Shown here one piece after another: positions 25,225-37,986 of a DNA stretch of 64,000 nt (positions are counted from its first letter, which is position 1; every line of letters starts with the position of its first letter). A program made the translations under genes and the position numbers. The notes below the pieces were generated by a model, which had not been told where the DNA came from, did no database searches, and worked only from the letters and a program-made list of their open reading frames with translations. This stretch comes from Octopus sinensis. Lineage: Eukaryota. The stretch is from contig NC_043010.1 of assembly GCF_006345805.1 (NCBI RefSeq), forward strand, positions 18,104,001 to 18,168,000, given 5' to 3'.

Positions 25225-25790
25225 ATATTTCTATCCTCTTTCACTTCACTCTCACTCTCCCTTTCTCATTCCTTTTCTGACTCTTTTTTTTTCCAGCCAC
25301 CATTTTCTCTCTCTCTCTTTCTCTCATAACTTTTCAGCCTTTCTCTTTCTCACTCTCTAATTACGTCTGTACCTCTTAGCCTGTATTTCTATCTATCTGT
25401 CTCTCTTTCTCTGTCTATTTCTCCCATTCCCTCCACCTATGTCTATCTCACAGTCTTTCTCTCTTCACCTTCTCCACCTGTTTCATTACCTTCCTTTTCA
25501 TAGCCTCTCTTTCTCCCTTCTCTCTTTCTCGTTCTTATTCCCTCTCTATCTCTCCCCTTGCTTCCTCCTTTTTGTGTCTTATTTTTATTCCTTCCCTCCT
25601 GTTGATTCTTGTTGCCACTCCTCCTCCTCTCTCTCCCTATCCCTCTCACCTCTCTTTTACATTCTCACTAACTTTCTCTCGCTGCCACTGCTTCCCTCTC
25701 CCTCTTTCACCTCTCTCTTTTTGTATCTTTCATCCACCTCCTCCCCCTCTCTCGGATGACTACGTGTCCTCCTCTTTCCCTTACACGCAC
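25225..25790 (+). repeat. Degenerate (CT)-rich polypyrimidine tract
   Basis: Direct reading; opposite polarity to 21480-24425. Confidence 0.9.
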
Positions 25791-28126
25791 ACACACACGT
25801 GTGTGTGTATGTAAGTATGTATGTATACACACGTTCATAATGATCGTATAAGCATAACCATAAGCGTAAATTATATTCACACTTAAGTATATGGTGTAAA
25901 CATATGGGTACCTGTGTGATTGTGTATGTATATATATATGTATATACACACACACACTCATACACAAGTATGCGCGCGCGCACATTATTTAATAAATACA
26001 AAAGTTAGACTCTTTCACACACATAGATCCATGTAAATAAACACAGATATTAATAATGTCACACATACAAACACCTCAAAGGCTCCATCCGTTGTAATGT
26101 TAACGAGGAAGGGGCTCTCTTTTAAGGTGGTTTCTTGTTCCGCAATGGAGGCCGAGATTCCCGGATTTCACTTCCTAAAATGTCGTTTACTGCCCTTGAA
26201 GAAGGTGTGAACGTCACATTTCCTTTCTTTTAGAAGTAAACTCTATCATGATCAAACCATATTATTATTATTATTATTATTATTAGAGTTGCTAATGACA
26301 CCAGCAACAGTGGAGTGTCGGATAAAATTCCTTGTATCTGCAACTTCGGATCCTGCCGAGATGCCTTTTCATTCTTCTATTTGACTTCTTCAGTTGATTG
26401 ACAGACGCTCCATAAATCTTGTTGGTGTTGGTAATGTGTGTGACACTGTTCTGTCGTTATGTCTTTCAAAGTAAATAATACTTGGGGTTGCTTCTCAAAG
26501 GAATCCTGTGTCTTTTCATGCCATTGTTATAAACGATCGCCAAACCCTAAGCAAGCCCAACAAAAATCGTTCGGCTGTTAGACACCAGTATCAATGGATA
26601 CAATTACTCGACTGTTATTTTATACTGTCGACTCCGGAAGGATGAAAGGCAAAGTTGATTTCGGTAGAATTTGAACTCAGAATATAAGGTGCCACGATTA
26701 CACACTGTCAAACAACTGTTTATATTTCATTCTACCAGAGTCGGTCACTGTATGCTGCCCCTTCAAAGTGTGCAGTCTTGTCCATATCATAAATCATTGT
26801 TATTAAAGGTAGAAACGGTAAGATGCAAGACGGGATTGGTAGACTTTGTAGATCGTCTGACTGCAATGTTTAGTTAGATTCCTTTCGTGTTGTGAGTTCA
26901 AATTTCAGTGAGGCCAACTTCACATTCATCTGTCTGGTGTCAGTTAATTAAAGTACCAATCCAGTATCGACACTACTCACATATCTCTGACAATATTGCT
27001 ACTGTATACCCATATAATAAGGTTGTTAATATGAATAGAACCATTATAGAAGTCTAAAGCAAGTCATGAAGTCCTGCTCATTATCTAGAACTTTGCTGCT
27101 ATACAGACACAGTAATATTACAGGTGTGAATGCAATGGTAACAGAAGGCGTTAGACATGACATTACAGTATTACTCGTATATCAGGGATTGTGTTGCCTC
27201 AGTAACATCCTGACTTAGATGATGACCTTGCAATATTTAGACACATTACTTTTTCTCTATATTTCAGCTGAGGTCAAATTTGCTTTCCATCTTTTCAAGG
27301 CGAATAAAATTACTGTTTGGACTAAAATCATCCTTGATCCAGCAGACTTATTTATGATCAAAGGCTCTCTTGTCCCTTTTAAGTACAGTATACCCAGTGT
27401 GATCTACGTAGGATTAGCCTACTGTTTCTAGCAGGTTCGTTGTCTATGTTGTGCACTGTTGTGCTAAAGGGAGAAATAATTATTGTATACAGGCTGGCTA
27501 GTGTCTTAAACAAAAGAGAACTTGCATTACATCATCTCTTTGCCTTTTCCCATCTTTTTACTTGGTAATGCCTTACATCAACATCACACAAATCTAATTT
27601 CCGTTATATATTGTGTTGCAACTTTTTTTTATCTTACGGCTTCGTGACAGGAGGAAGGGGACAGGGTGGAATAATGGTAGAAACAATCCATGGACCATGT
27701 TGCGCCTTTCTTGTTTGGAGACTTGGTCCACTTGCTACAGAGTGGTTACTGTCACCCAGAAGTCAGGTGATAGTGTTAAACTAGGCAAGAGGCCAAGCAT
27801 AGCAACCCAAGAACAGGCTCATCCAATGACTACACTGTCTTTCCACTTGGCTTGAGTCACAGAACAGGCAGCTTTGAAAGAAGTGATTTACTCAAAGTCT
27901 TATGGTCAACTAGAAACAGCTGTGGTAGAAGTGACTTAGCCAAGGTGCCATGTAGTAGTATTGAACCTAAAACCATGTGACTGCATGGAACAAATCTCTT
28001 TAACACATGACCCTACATGCACCAAATTGTTGACTAATATTATTCAGAAAAACATGACTGTTTACATCTTATTTTACAGCCTCTTACTGCATCTTTGTAT
28101 CTAAAGCCTGGTTTTATGTTTTACAG

Positions 28127-28172
28127 ATTTACAGCTAGGTGAACTATACCTCACCATGTTACCTATACACAG
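28127..28172 (+). CDS. Candidate exon
   Basis: ggttttatgttttacag|ATTTACAG...ACACAG|gtaggt; only open frame LQLGELYLTMLPIH. Phase-compatible with 24876 upstream and 39172 downstream. Confidence 0.35.
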
Positions 28173-28313
28173 GTAGGTGGATTATATCTCCCCATGGTAC
28201 TTATATACAGACACAAGTTGGAAGCACAGTATTGATGTATAGTTAGACTGTATGAGCAGGAAGGAAATTCCAGAAAGTAATAGTTCTGGGAAAGGAGAAC
28301 CAGCTAAGCTATA

Positions 28314-29180
28314 ATCATCATCATCATCGTTTAACGTCCGCTTTCCATGCTAGCATGGGTTGGACGGTTCAACTGGGGTCTGGGAAGCCCGAAGGCTGCA
28401 CCAGGCCAGTCAGATCTGGCAGTGTTTCTACAGCTGGATGCCCTTCCTAACGCCAACCACTCCGTGAGTGTAGTGGGTGCTTTTTATGTGCCACCGACAC
28501 AGGTGCCAGATGAGGCTGGCGAACGGCCACGCTTGGGTGGTGTTTTTTACGTGCCACCGGCACGGAGGCCAGGCGAGGCTGGCACGGCCACGATTGGATG
28601 GTGTTTGTTACGTGCCACCAGCACGGAGGCCAGTCGATGCGGTACTGACTACGGCCACGTTCGGATGGTTTTCTTATGTGCCACCGGCACTGGTATCACA
28701 AAACTACAAATTCCATTGATGTTCATCGATTTTGATTTGATTCTTTGTTTTTTTTGATTTTCACTTGCCTCAACAGGTCTTCACAAGTAGAGTTATGTGT
28801 CCCAAGAAGGAAGGTATGCACAGGTGGACTGACTACGTCCCAGGAAGGGGCCATGGGTTATGGCCTCACTTGTCCTGCTGGGTCTTCTCGCGCACAGCAT
28901 ACTTCCAAAGGTCTCGGTCTCTGGTCATTTCCTCAGTGAGACCTAAAGAGCGAAGGTCGTTCTTCACCACCTCGTCCCAGGTTTTCCTGGGTCTACCTCT
29001 TCCACAGGTTCCCTCAACCGCTAGGATGTGGCACTTTTTCACACAACTATCTTCATCCATTCTTACTACGTGTCCATACCAGCGTAGACGCCTCTCTTGC
29101 ACACCACATCTGATGCTTCTTAGGTCCAACTTTTCTCTCAAGGCACTTACACTCTGTCGGGTATGAACACTGACATTACG
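28314..29180 (-). mobile_element. RTE-X-like LINE 3' end with ORF2 C-terminus, full 3'UTR and (GAT)n tail
   Basis: ORF 28866-29141 RRLRWYGHVVRMDEDSCVKKC..GRGRPRKTWDEVV is followed by the repeat seen alone elsewhere. A second 3'UTR-length copy is at 59585-60066. Confidence 0.9.
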
Positions 29181-31671
29181 TGTAAAGTGAAATAAATTAT
29201 TTTAGTGTAAAGGAGAAGAGTCCCATGTTTTAATTAAACGAGTTGTTAGAGAAAGATAAAGCAACAGAGAGATGGTTCCTGCCTGAAATCTTAAATTTCT
29301 CATCTTCTTCGCAATAAGATAATTTATTTTGCTTTGTGAATGTTTCCTGCCTGCAATTTGTTGGCGTAGATCACCACTGGTTCCTGGCTCTAAGCTCTTT
29401 TACATTTTCTTTAGTGCAGCCTGGTTTAATAGTTAGATATAGCAAAGATGGCAAATGTCAGAGAAGTGTGTGGTTTTGTGTTTTTTTAGTTCAGGAGCAG
29501 AGTCAGGTGTTGGAGTAAAAGGGTCAGAACTTGGTTAGGGGTTAGTGATTGTAGGTGTGTTGGTAATTGAAATCTAATAGGTTCCATGGAGTAGTGAAAG
29601 AATTAATACTGTAACCGAAGGTTTATTAATCAGATGTAGACAACCATGTTTCTGAATGTTGATGGACTAACAGTACTTTGGCTATACTCTAACATAACTA
29701 TCTGGCACTGTGGAGTACTTCAGATATATTAACAGTACTCTACTCTCCTAGAGTACTGCTGCATTCCTGTGTACTATTTCAGGTATGTCATAGTACTCTT
29801 TGGGGTGCATCTGTTGAGTGATTGAGCTCTGAGTTTGACTGTCATAGATAGGAGGTCTGTTGGCCATCTCATTACCCTGCAGGACCTATTACAATGGCCA
29901 TCTTTCAGTGGTCATTATTGGTCCCCTCACCACTATGTCCTATTTTAGCTAGTATAGATTGTGTAAAGACTACCACTTTATTATACAGTGGCATTTGTTT
30001 AGTGGTCAGGGATGATGGTCACATTTCAGAATATTATCTATCACTTGATCCATCAATGATGCACCTGTTCACTGCTCTTGTATCGTTAGGTTCCTGAACT
30101 CTTAATGTGAGGGTTGGACGTACTGCAGCAAGTGCTACTCAAATGTGGACATTACTGTCATGGTATTGGATATTTCAGGAATCAAGATTCTCAAGAACAA
30201 GTCTGTAAGCTGGCAACTTTGCAGCTGAAGGCAGATCCATGCTGAAAAGAATTTGTAATTTGGATTGAGCATCTGGTTTGGTCCTGATCTTATGAATAGG
30301 AACTGGGACAAGAAGATGGAAGTGGAAAGTGCTTGCATTGCCATGCTTTGCCCCAGAGAATGCCTGATTAGAATGGTATATTTGCTTTTTTTTATTTTGT
30401 GAACAATTCTATGATTTTTGTGATTTATAGTTTGCAAGTATGCACTGAGATTCAGGAGAGATTTCTGCATGATGAATAGATGTTGTTGCCATTTATCAGA
30501 CATATATTTTCACAAGCCAACAATTCTACCTGAACTGGGATCCTGGGTGGACTGCCTATATCAAGGCCAGACATTACCAGATGCTGTCATCTTTTTACTT
30601 ATTGACATTGGGGTTTGTAGAATGTCAAAATAATAAGTTGTTTCAACATCATGTTTAACCCTTTCATTACCAACCTGGCTGAAACTGGCTCTGGTTCTGA
30701 GTACAATGTCTTCTCATTTCTCTCTCTCACCTTAATTCATCTTCCTTGATGGCCTCTGCCCTTCTTCTGTCCACTCCACTGTTCTGGTCCTGAACAAATA
30801 GACATTATAGAGCAGTGTGGGCCCTTTTTTTTTTGTTTTGTTTTGCAGTGAACAAAGCAACTATCCTTGTGTTGATGCTTTGAAAAAATGCCTCTGAGTA
30901 CACTCTGCAAAGTGATTGAGAAACAGAGATTATGTTGGGTGGAGGGTGCCATCCAGGGTTGGAGAAGATTTGAAAACTTCTCTATTGTTGGTGTAAAGTG
31001 ATTGCTAAAAGGATGGATATCCACTTGTGACAACCAAACTGAAATAAGATGTATGAGTGTGACCTGGTCCCTGATCCCTTCCAGGGTTCAGACCATGATG
31101 ACCTGTTTGGCCCTTCCCAACATGGGAAGCAGTTGTGAAACATCGATGATAGCAACAACGATATATTTTCAAAGCTGAGTTACTATTTAGAAATTTCTTA
31201 ATTCTCTTCCTCAGCCCAGATAAAAGCTCAGCCTTGAATTTATATTCTTCCACTCTACCAACTGTGATACTACCATCCACTTTATCTATCATCATCATCA
31301 TCATCATCACTACCAAGTAATGTCTACCTTTCCTTGCATGGAGTGGGTGGGGTCATACAAAATTCTTTGAGGTAGATTTTCTGCAGCAGAATGCCCTCTC
31401 TGTTGCCAGCCTTCACCTGTTTTTGAAGTAAGGTAACATTTCCCTTGGTTTAAGGCAGTGAGCTGGCAGAATCGTTAGTACACCTGGCAAAATACTTTGT
31501 GGCATTTCATCTGTCTTAATGTTCTGAGTTCAAATTCCGCTGAAGTTGACTTTGGAGGTCAATAAAATAAGTACCAGTTGCGCACTGGGGTTGATGTAAT
31601 AAACTTATCCCCTTCCCTAGAATTTCTGGTCTTGTGCCAAAATTTGGAACCAATTTCCCTTGGTCCTTTAA

Positions 31672-32003
31672 CCCTTTTGATACCAACCTGGCTGAAACCA
31701 GTTCTGGCTCTGTAGTACAAATGTTTTGTTTTCAAAAATTCTGAATTAAAATCTTCCACCAAACCTTAGTCACAATTTATGTTCCTAATACTAAATTAAT
31801 GATAACTAAGTTATTTTACTAATTTCTTTGTTATATTTAAAATAATTGAAAGAAACACAGAGCATGTCAAAATAAATACAATAACGAAAGGTAATACAGT
31901 TCTATATTTAAGAGACGAGGAATTATCTACATTATTTACATTATTTACATTTGATGGACAGATATCCATCAAATGTAAATAATGTAAATAAGTAACAAAA
32001 GGG
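31672..32003. mobile_element. piggyBac-type MITE
   Basis: TTAA at 31668-31671 and 32004-32007; TIR CCCTTTTGATAC / GTAACAAAAGGG (11/12). A partial 5' copy starts at 30659. Confidence 0.8.
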
Positions 32004-33129
32004 TTAAACACAAACAGCACAATGGCTGGACATGATTTCATGGGGGATTACAAATAAACAACAACTACTTGTGTGAGGTTGATATTTAGAACAAGCAACA
32101 TGAAGACAAGGAGATACAAAAACAAGTGAGGGCACAGTGGCTGAATGGTTAATAAGTTTGTTTAGTTACCATGAAGTCTTAAGTTCAATTACACTCTGTG
32201 GCATCTTGGACTATAGAGCACTTTTTGCATCAGGTCAACACATACTTTTGGACAGATGGAAACTGTACGGTGATGAACCATCTTTGATATCTCAGCAGTC
32301 CTGTCGAGCACCCTAGATATGTCATCAGTAGTCTGTGGAGTACTCCAAGCATATCAGCAGTACTCTATATATGAGCCTAGGGTACTTCCATGTATCTGGG
32401 GTGCATCTGTAGAGAGATTGAGCTGCAAGTTTGACTGTCACAGATATGAGGTCTGTTGCCCTTCTCATTATCCTGCGGGACCCATTAGAATGACCATCTG
32501 TCAGTGGTCAGTATTGGTCCCCTCACCACAACGCATTGGGTAGACTTCTTCTAATTCAAAAGGTACGAGGTTCACCATATGCACCGTTTCGTGTTGATTC
32601 TGCCTGACAGTCACATTAAGAGTGCACTTGTGTCTGTGGAACATTCAACCACTTGCACATTAAATCAAGGGCAGGTAACTCACTTGACCGAACGGTCAAA
32701 TCTGCATAACTGAAAGTGATGGAGATATATAAAGTTCACAAAAGAAACATGGATAAGTTTGAAACTCCCTAAAAGCCGGTTAACGTTTTCGGTCATGTCC
32801 CTTATTATGATTTAAATAAACTCATCAGAACCCTGACCATCGGTTCTATACAGTGTGTGTATGTATGTCTATCATGTGTGGGGATGTGTATGTTACATGT
32901 ATGTGCATGTGTGTGTGAGTCAATACAAACTTATATTCTTGTGTGTGTGTGTGCAAACTTTCAAACCATCTGGTCTTGGGTTCAGTCTCACTGCATGGCA
33001 CCTTGGGTAAGTATCTTCTATAGCACTGGGCTGGCCAATGCTTTGTGAGTGGATTTGGTAGATGGAAACTGAAAGAAGCCTGTTGTGTGTGTGTGTGTAT
33101 ACTGTATATATATATATATATATATAGAT

Positions 33130-33178
<49 letters not shown>

Positions 33179-33214
33179 GTGTGTGTGTGTGTGTTTGGAG
33201 CACACCAGAAATAG

Positions 33215-33820
33215 TTTTGCTTAAATGCTTGGATGGTTCATTAGAAGTAATTAATAGCTTTTGTTACTTAAGAGATGTAATTAGCAAAGGAGGTGGTAGC
33301 TCTGACAGTATAGTAGTCAGAGTAAGAACTGGCTGGAGAAGGTCCAGGGAGCTACTACTACTGTTGGCAACAAGGTCTTTTCCCACAGAGTGATGGGCAG
33401 ATTGTATGATGCTTGTGTTAGAACTGTAATACTGCATGGCAGTGAAACATGGGGATTGGAACGCAGAAGACATGTTAAGATGAGAACGAATGCTCTGTTG
33501 GATGCACAACAGAGGTGTGCATGAATGATGTATTATAAATGTGCTGAGAGAAGAACTGGGCATAAGAGGAATCTGATGTAGTAGGCTGGAAAGAAGGCTG
33601 TGCTGGTATGGACATGTGATGCATATGAATGAGGAGAGATGTATAGGGAAGTGCTCATCATTTAATGTGGATGGAGGTTGTGAAAGTGGGAGACCCAGGA
33701 AGACATGGGATGAGGTGGTGAAGGCTTCTCTCAGGACCTTGAATCTCACCACGGAGATCACAAAGGTCTGGGATGACTGGCAATATGCGGTTCTCAACAA
33801 AACCTGCCCATCATGTTGAA
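33215..33820 (+). mobile_element. RTE-X-like LINE ORF2 relic
   Basis: LEVINSFCYLRDVISKGGG..RVRTGW, CWYGHVMHMNEE and GRPRKTWDEVV. Confidence 0.85.
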
Positions 33821-34750
33821 TTCTGGTTGAGCTGTGTGCATGTATATATGTATATGCACAACTGGGCCCTTTTCCCAGTTTTCTTTCCTCTCACGACAAC
33901 CCTAACCTTAACTGTAGTTCATCTTTGATTCCACTTTTCTTACCACCCAGAACTGCTACACTTGTCTTCCGTTCTTCAACCATTAATCCTGATCTCTCCA
34001 CCCATACTTTCAGTGATCCCTATCTCTACTGTGCCACCAAAGTATCTCTCCGCCCTTGTCACAATATGTCTCACCCTTACCCCTATACACTTCATCTGCC
34101 TCTCTCTTCCCTATCTCCTGCAACCTATTCAACATGTCATCTCTCTTTCATCCTTCTGTTTATTGTATTTTCATGTTTATTCACCTGTCGTTGTCCACCC
34201 CACCCCTATACCACTTATTTATTCACTCTTGGTACTCCTGCCTTTTCCCTACCCACTCCATATTCTAAAGGTCCACCCTGACACCCCACCTCCATTTTGT
34301 TTTTATTCTTCAGCCCCACTTAATCACTGCCCCCTCCACTATCCAAAATGTAAGTAACCTGTTCTGCTCTGCCCCTTTTCTTTCCCCTTTCTAACCCTTG
34401 TTTGCTCCTCATTCTTGTAGCATTAAGTTGTCCCCCGCTCCTCTTGCAAACCTCATTAGTACCAGTGACATGAACAAAGCACCCCTGAACATTCTGTAAA
34501 GTGGTTGGTGTTTGGAAGGACCCAGCTGTTAGGAAAGGGATCAATGAAAATGCGGGTTGGGAGAGAAGTATCAATGGATGAAGAAGGGTGGAAAACAACT
34601 GGGGTAGTTCTGGGTTATTAAGAAAAAGCAGAATCAAGAAGGAATTACAGTGAGGAAGGTGATGGGTGTCTTGAAGAGGAAGGAAATTGGGAAAAGAGCA
34701 CAGTTGTGCATGTGTCAAATGGTGATGATGATGATGATGGAAATGATAAA

Positions 34751-34812
<62 letters not shown>

Positions 34813-35357
34813 GTTTAGCAAGTAGGCTCTTGGAGAAAAGGGAATCCCAATGAGAAAAAAAAAAACCCCACCTCTTACAGATTTATATGATGGAATTGTT
34901 TTCTAGTCAGGAGTGTGAAACTGATGTTACAAACTCTAGTATTGCCGTATACATACTACTACCACCCCACTTGTTCTGTGTGTGTGTGTGCGTGCGTGCG
35001 TGCATGTTTGTTCCCACACCACTTGACAAGTTCACTTGTGAGCAGTTTGGCAAAAAATCACAATGGAATCAGTACCAGATTTCAAAAATGAATCCTGGGG
35101 TTGGTTTGTTTGACTAAAAACCCTTCAGTGCAGTGCTGGCTGCAGCATGGCCACAGCCTAATCACTGAAACAAGTAAAAGAAAAAAAAATATCGAAGGAA
35201 AATAATGTGTATGAGAGTGAGAGAGAGAGGTTTGAAAAATTATGTAAGAATAGAAAGGAAACTGGTCTCTTCACTCATTCAGTGAATCTGTGCATTCGTT
35301 TTTTGCAGAGAACTGTGGGTGTGTATATGCAAGTGTAAAAGTATGCATGTGTGTATG

Positions 35358-35392
<35 letters not shown>

Positions 35393-35758
35393 TATGTGTG
35401 TGTGTGTTGTTGAGCATGTGAGTGTGTGTATGTGTGTTCCTTTTTGTTACTTTTCTGTGTAAACCTTTTATCATATTCATTATGTTAAGTGTGTCTATGC
35501 TTGTGCATGTTTGAGCTTAGGCATCTCTGTGGTTTTGATGTGAATATCACCCCCTCCCCCCGCTTCTAAGTATTCATTTATTTATGCATGTTGTGTGTGT
35601 CCGTGTGTCTGTCCGTCCGTTATACTGTGTATGACTTCATTATGAATGACTTGTACTTTCCGTTTTAAGTGTTGCTTGTGTGCACGTACTGCTTAGCACA
35701 TTATTGTCATTTTCTTCTCATTCAGAAACAGTGACAACATTTTTTGAAGTGTTTGCAT

Positions 35759-35789
<31 letters not shown>

Positions 35790-36260
35790 TTCTTCTATTC
35801 TGTGTCTTCCTGGGATCAGACTCCTTAGAAAATATTTTAGACCCAAGGGTTTATGCCCGAAGAGTTGATAGCTTAAAGCATTTTATTGTGAGAATGGTTT
35901 AGTCTAAAAATAAGAAATACACACAGAAACAGAATTTAAATTTTAGTAGTAGTAGTAGTAGTCGTAGTAGTAAGATGGATGTGGATGTGTGCAATATAGT
36001 ATATATGTGTAATATTGTGTGTGTGTGTGCACGCGCAACATTGTGTGTGTTTGTGTGTGTGTGTGTTGTGTGTGTGTGTGTGCATAATATTGTATGTGTG
36101 TGTTATTGGCAGAGTCAGGGGTGTGTGGTTAAAAACCTCACTTTGCAACACCATGGTTCCAGGTTAGATACTGCTGTGTGATACAGCTGGAGTATCTTCT
36201 ATGCTTGGGTTGACATGGGAACTGTGCATAAGCCAACTAAATACACCATCTCTTCTCTCT

Positions 36261-36302
<42 letters not shown>

Positions 36303-36519
36303 CATCTAAAAGAACATGCATTGCATCTAGAACCAGCCCTAAGTCAGATCTGTAGTTTCAATTGGATTTGGTACTTTCATATCTACAGTATCCTACCAGC
36401 CTATGATACCTTCATGGTTGTTTTATCTCGCTGTGAACTCCATGTTATTGTACATCCTAGCCATTTCTGGCATCCTACATGTTGATCTGCCTAAATTCTA
36501 ATGAATTCTATAACTAATT

Positions 36520-36543
36520 AATCTCTCTCTCTCTCTCTCTCTC

Positions 36544-36596
<53 letters not shown>

Positions 36597-36850
36597 TGTA
36601 TATATATGTATGTATATATATATGTATATATGTATGTATATATATATGTATATATATATGTATGTATATGTATATATATATGTATGTATATGTATGTATA
36701 TATATGTATGTATATGTATGTATATATATGTATATATATGTATGTATATATATATGTATATATATGTATGTATATATATATATGTATGTATATATATATA
36801 TATATGTATATATGTATATATATATGTATATATATATACATATATATATA
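36520..36850. repeat. (CT)n followed by (TA)/(TATG) compound microsatellite
   Basis: Direct reading. Similar arrays lie at 16509, 17750, 20776, 41690, 43205 and 57150, with (CCAT)n at 38380-38470. Confidence 0.95.
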
Positions 36851-37606
36851 AGTTGAAAAATTGATTAACTGACTCAAAGTATATTTAAAATTGATTTAAA
36901 ACCATGTGAGATAGATAAGTCTAACAGTGTCAGCCAATCCAAGTGTTTGGATCTGTTGTTATAAAGACAACACCAGTTGGATTTAAGAGAGTCACTCCTA
37001 ACAGCATTTTGTGTTTATTGTCAGAAAATGTAGAAAAGCCAATATTATTGATTTATCTTCCTTCTTTCTTGAATTTCATATTAAACACTCTTAAAGGAGC
37101 TTTGGTTTTTTTCCCCCCCTTCTAATTGCATGAAAAATTTCAAGTAGGCAGAACACTTCCAAAGAGCTTTTCTACTTTAGGCACAAGGCCTGAATTTTTG
37201 GCAGGGGTGGGTGGTGCCAATCGATTACATTGACTCCAGTATTTGACTGGTACCTGTTTCATTGATCCCTCTAAAAGGATGAAAGGCAAAGTCAGAAGAA
37301 ATACCTTTAAATGTTTTGTCTGGTATGCTAACGATTCTGCCAGCTCAGTGCCTTAATGATAATAATAATAATAATAATTATAATCCTTTCTACTATCGAC
37401 ACAAGGCCTGAAATTGGGGGAGGGGGGCGGGCTAATCGATTTCATCGACTCCAGTGCATAACTGGTACTTATTTAATTGACCTGAAAGGATGAAAGGCAA
37501 AGTTGACCCTGGCGGAATTTGAACTCAGAACATAGCAGCACACAAAATACTGCTAAGCGTTTCGCCTGGCCTGCTAACGATTCTGTCAGCTCACCGCCTT
37601 AATAAT

Positions 37607-37645
<39 letters not shown>

Positions 37646-37939
37646 CCTTTCTTTGGTAATTAAAAGGCCTGAACTTTTGGGGGAATGGGCTAGTTGATTA
37701 TATCAACCCCAGTACTTCACTGGTACTTATTTTATCAAACTTGAAAGGATGAAAGGCAAAGTCGACCTTGGTGAAATTTGAACTCAGAACATAAAGACCC
37801 AGAGCATTTCTTCCAGCTAACAATTCTACATCTCTGCCAGTATGCCAACTTAGGTTAGGTTAAGTTTAGATGTTCACTTAGATTTAAGGTTTTTGGGGTT
37901 TAGTAGAAGGAAAGGTTTAGTTCTGAGATTTCTGTTCAG

Positions 37940-37986
37940 GGTTTAAGGATGTAAAAGAGGAAAGAGACTGGAACGACAACAATATG
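37940..37986 (+). CDS. Candidate exon
   Basis: gatttctgttcag|GGTTTAAG...AATATG|gtactg; only open frame FKDVKEERDWNDNNM. Confidence 0.25.

Noticed and set aside
28480-28700. CRISPR-like repeat-spacer array
   Set aside because: Eukaryotic context; the 'spacers' are homologous to each other, so it is a LINE 3'UTR VNTR.
30135-30503. 122 aa minus-strand ORF
   Set aside because: No recognisable motif, no splice support, and composition is typical of chance AT-rich ORFs.
37855-37915. Interstitial telomeric repeat
   Set aside because: Only a few degenerate TTAGG-like units, with no TTAGGG array.
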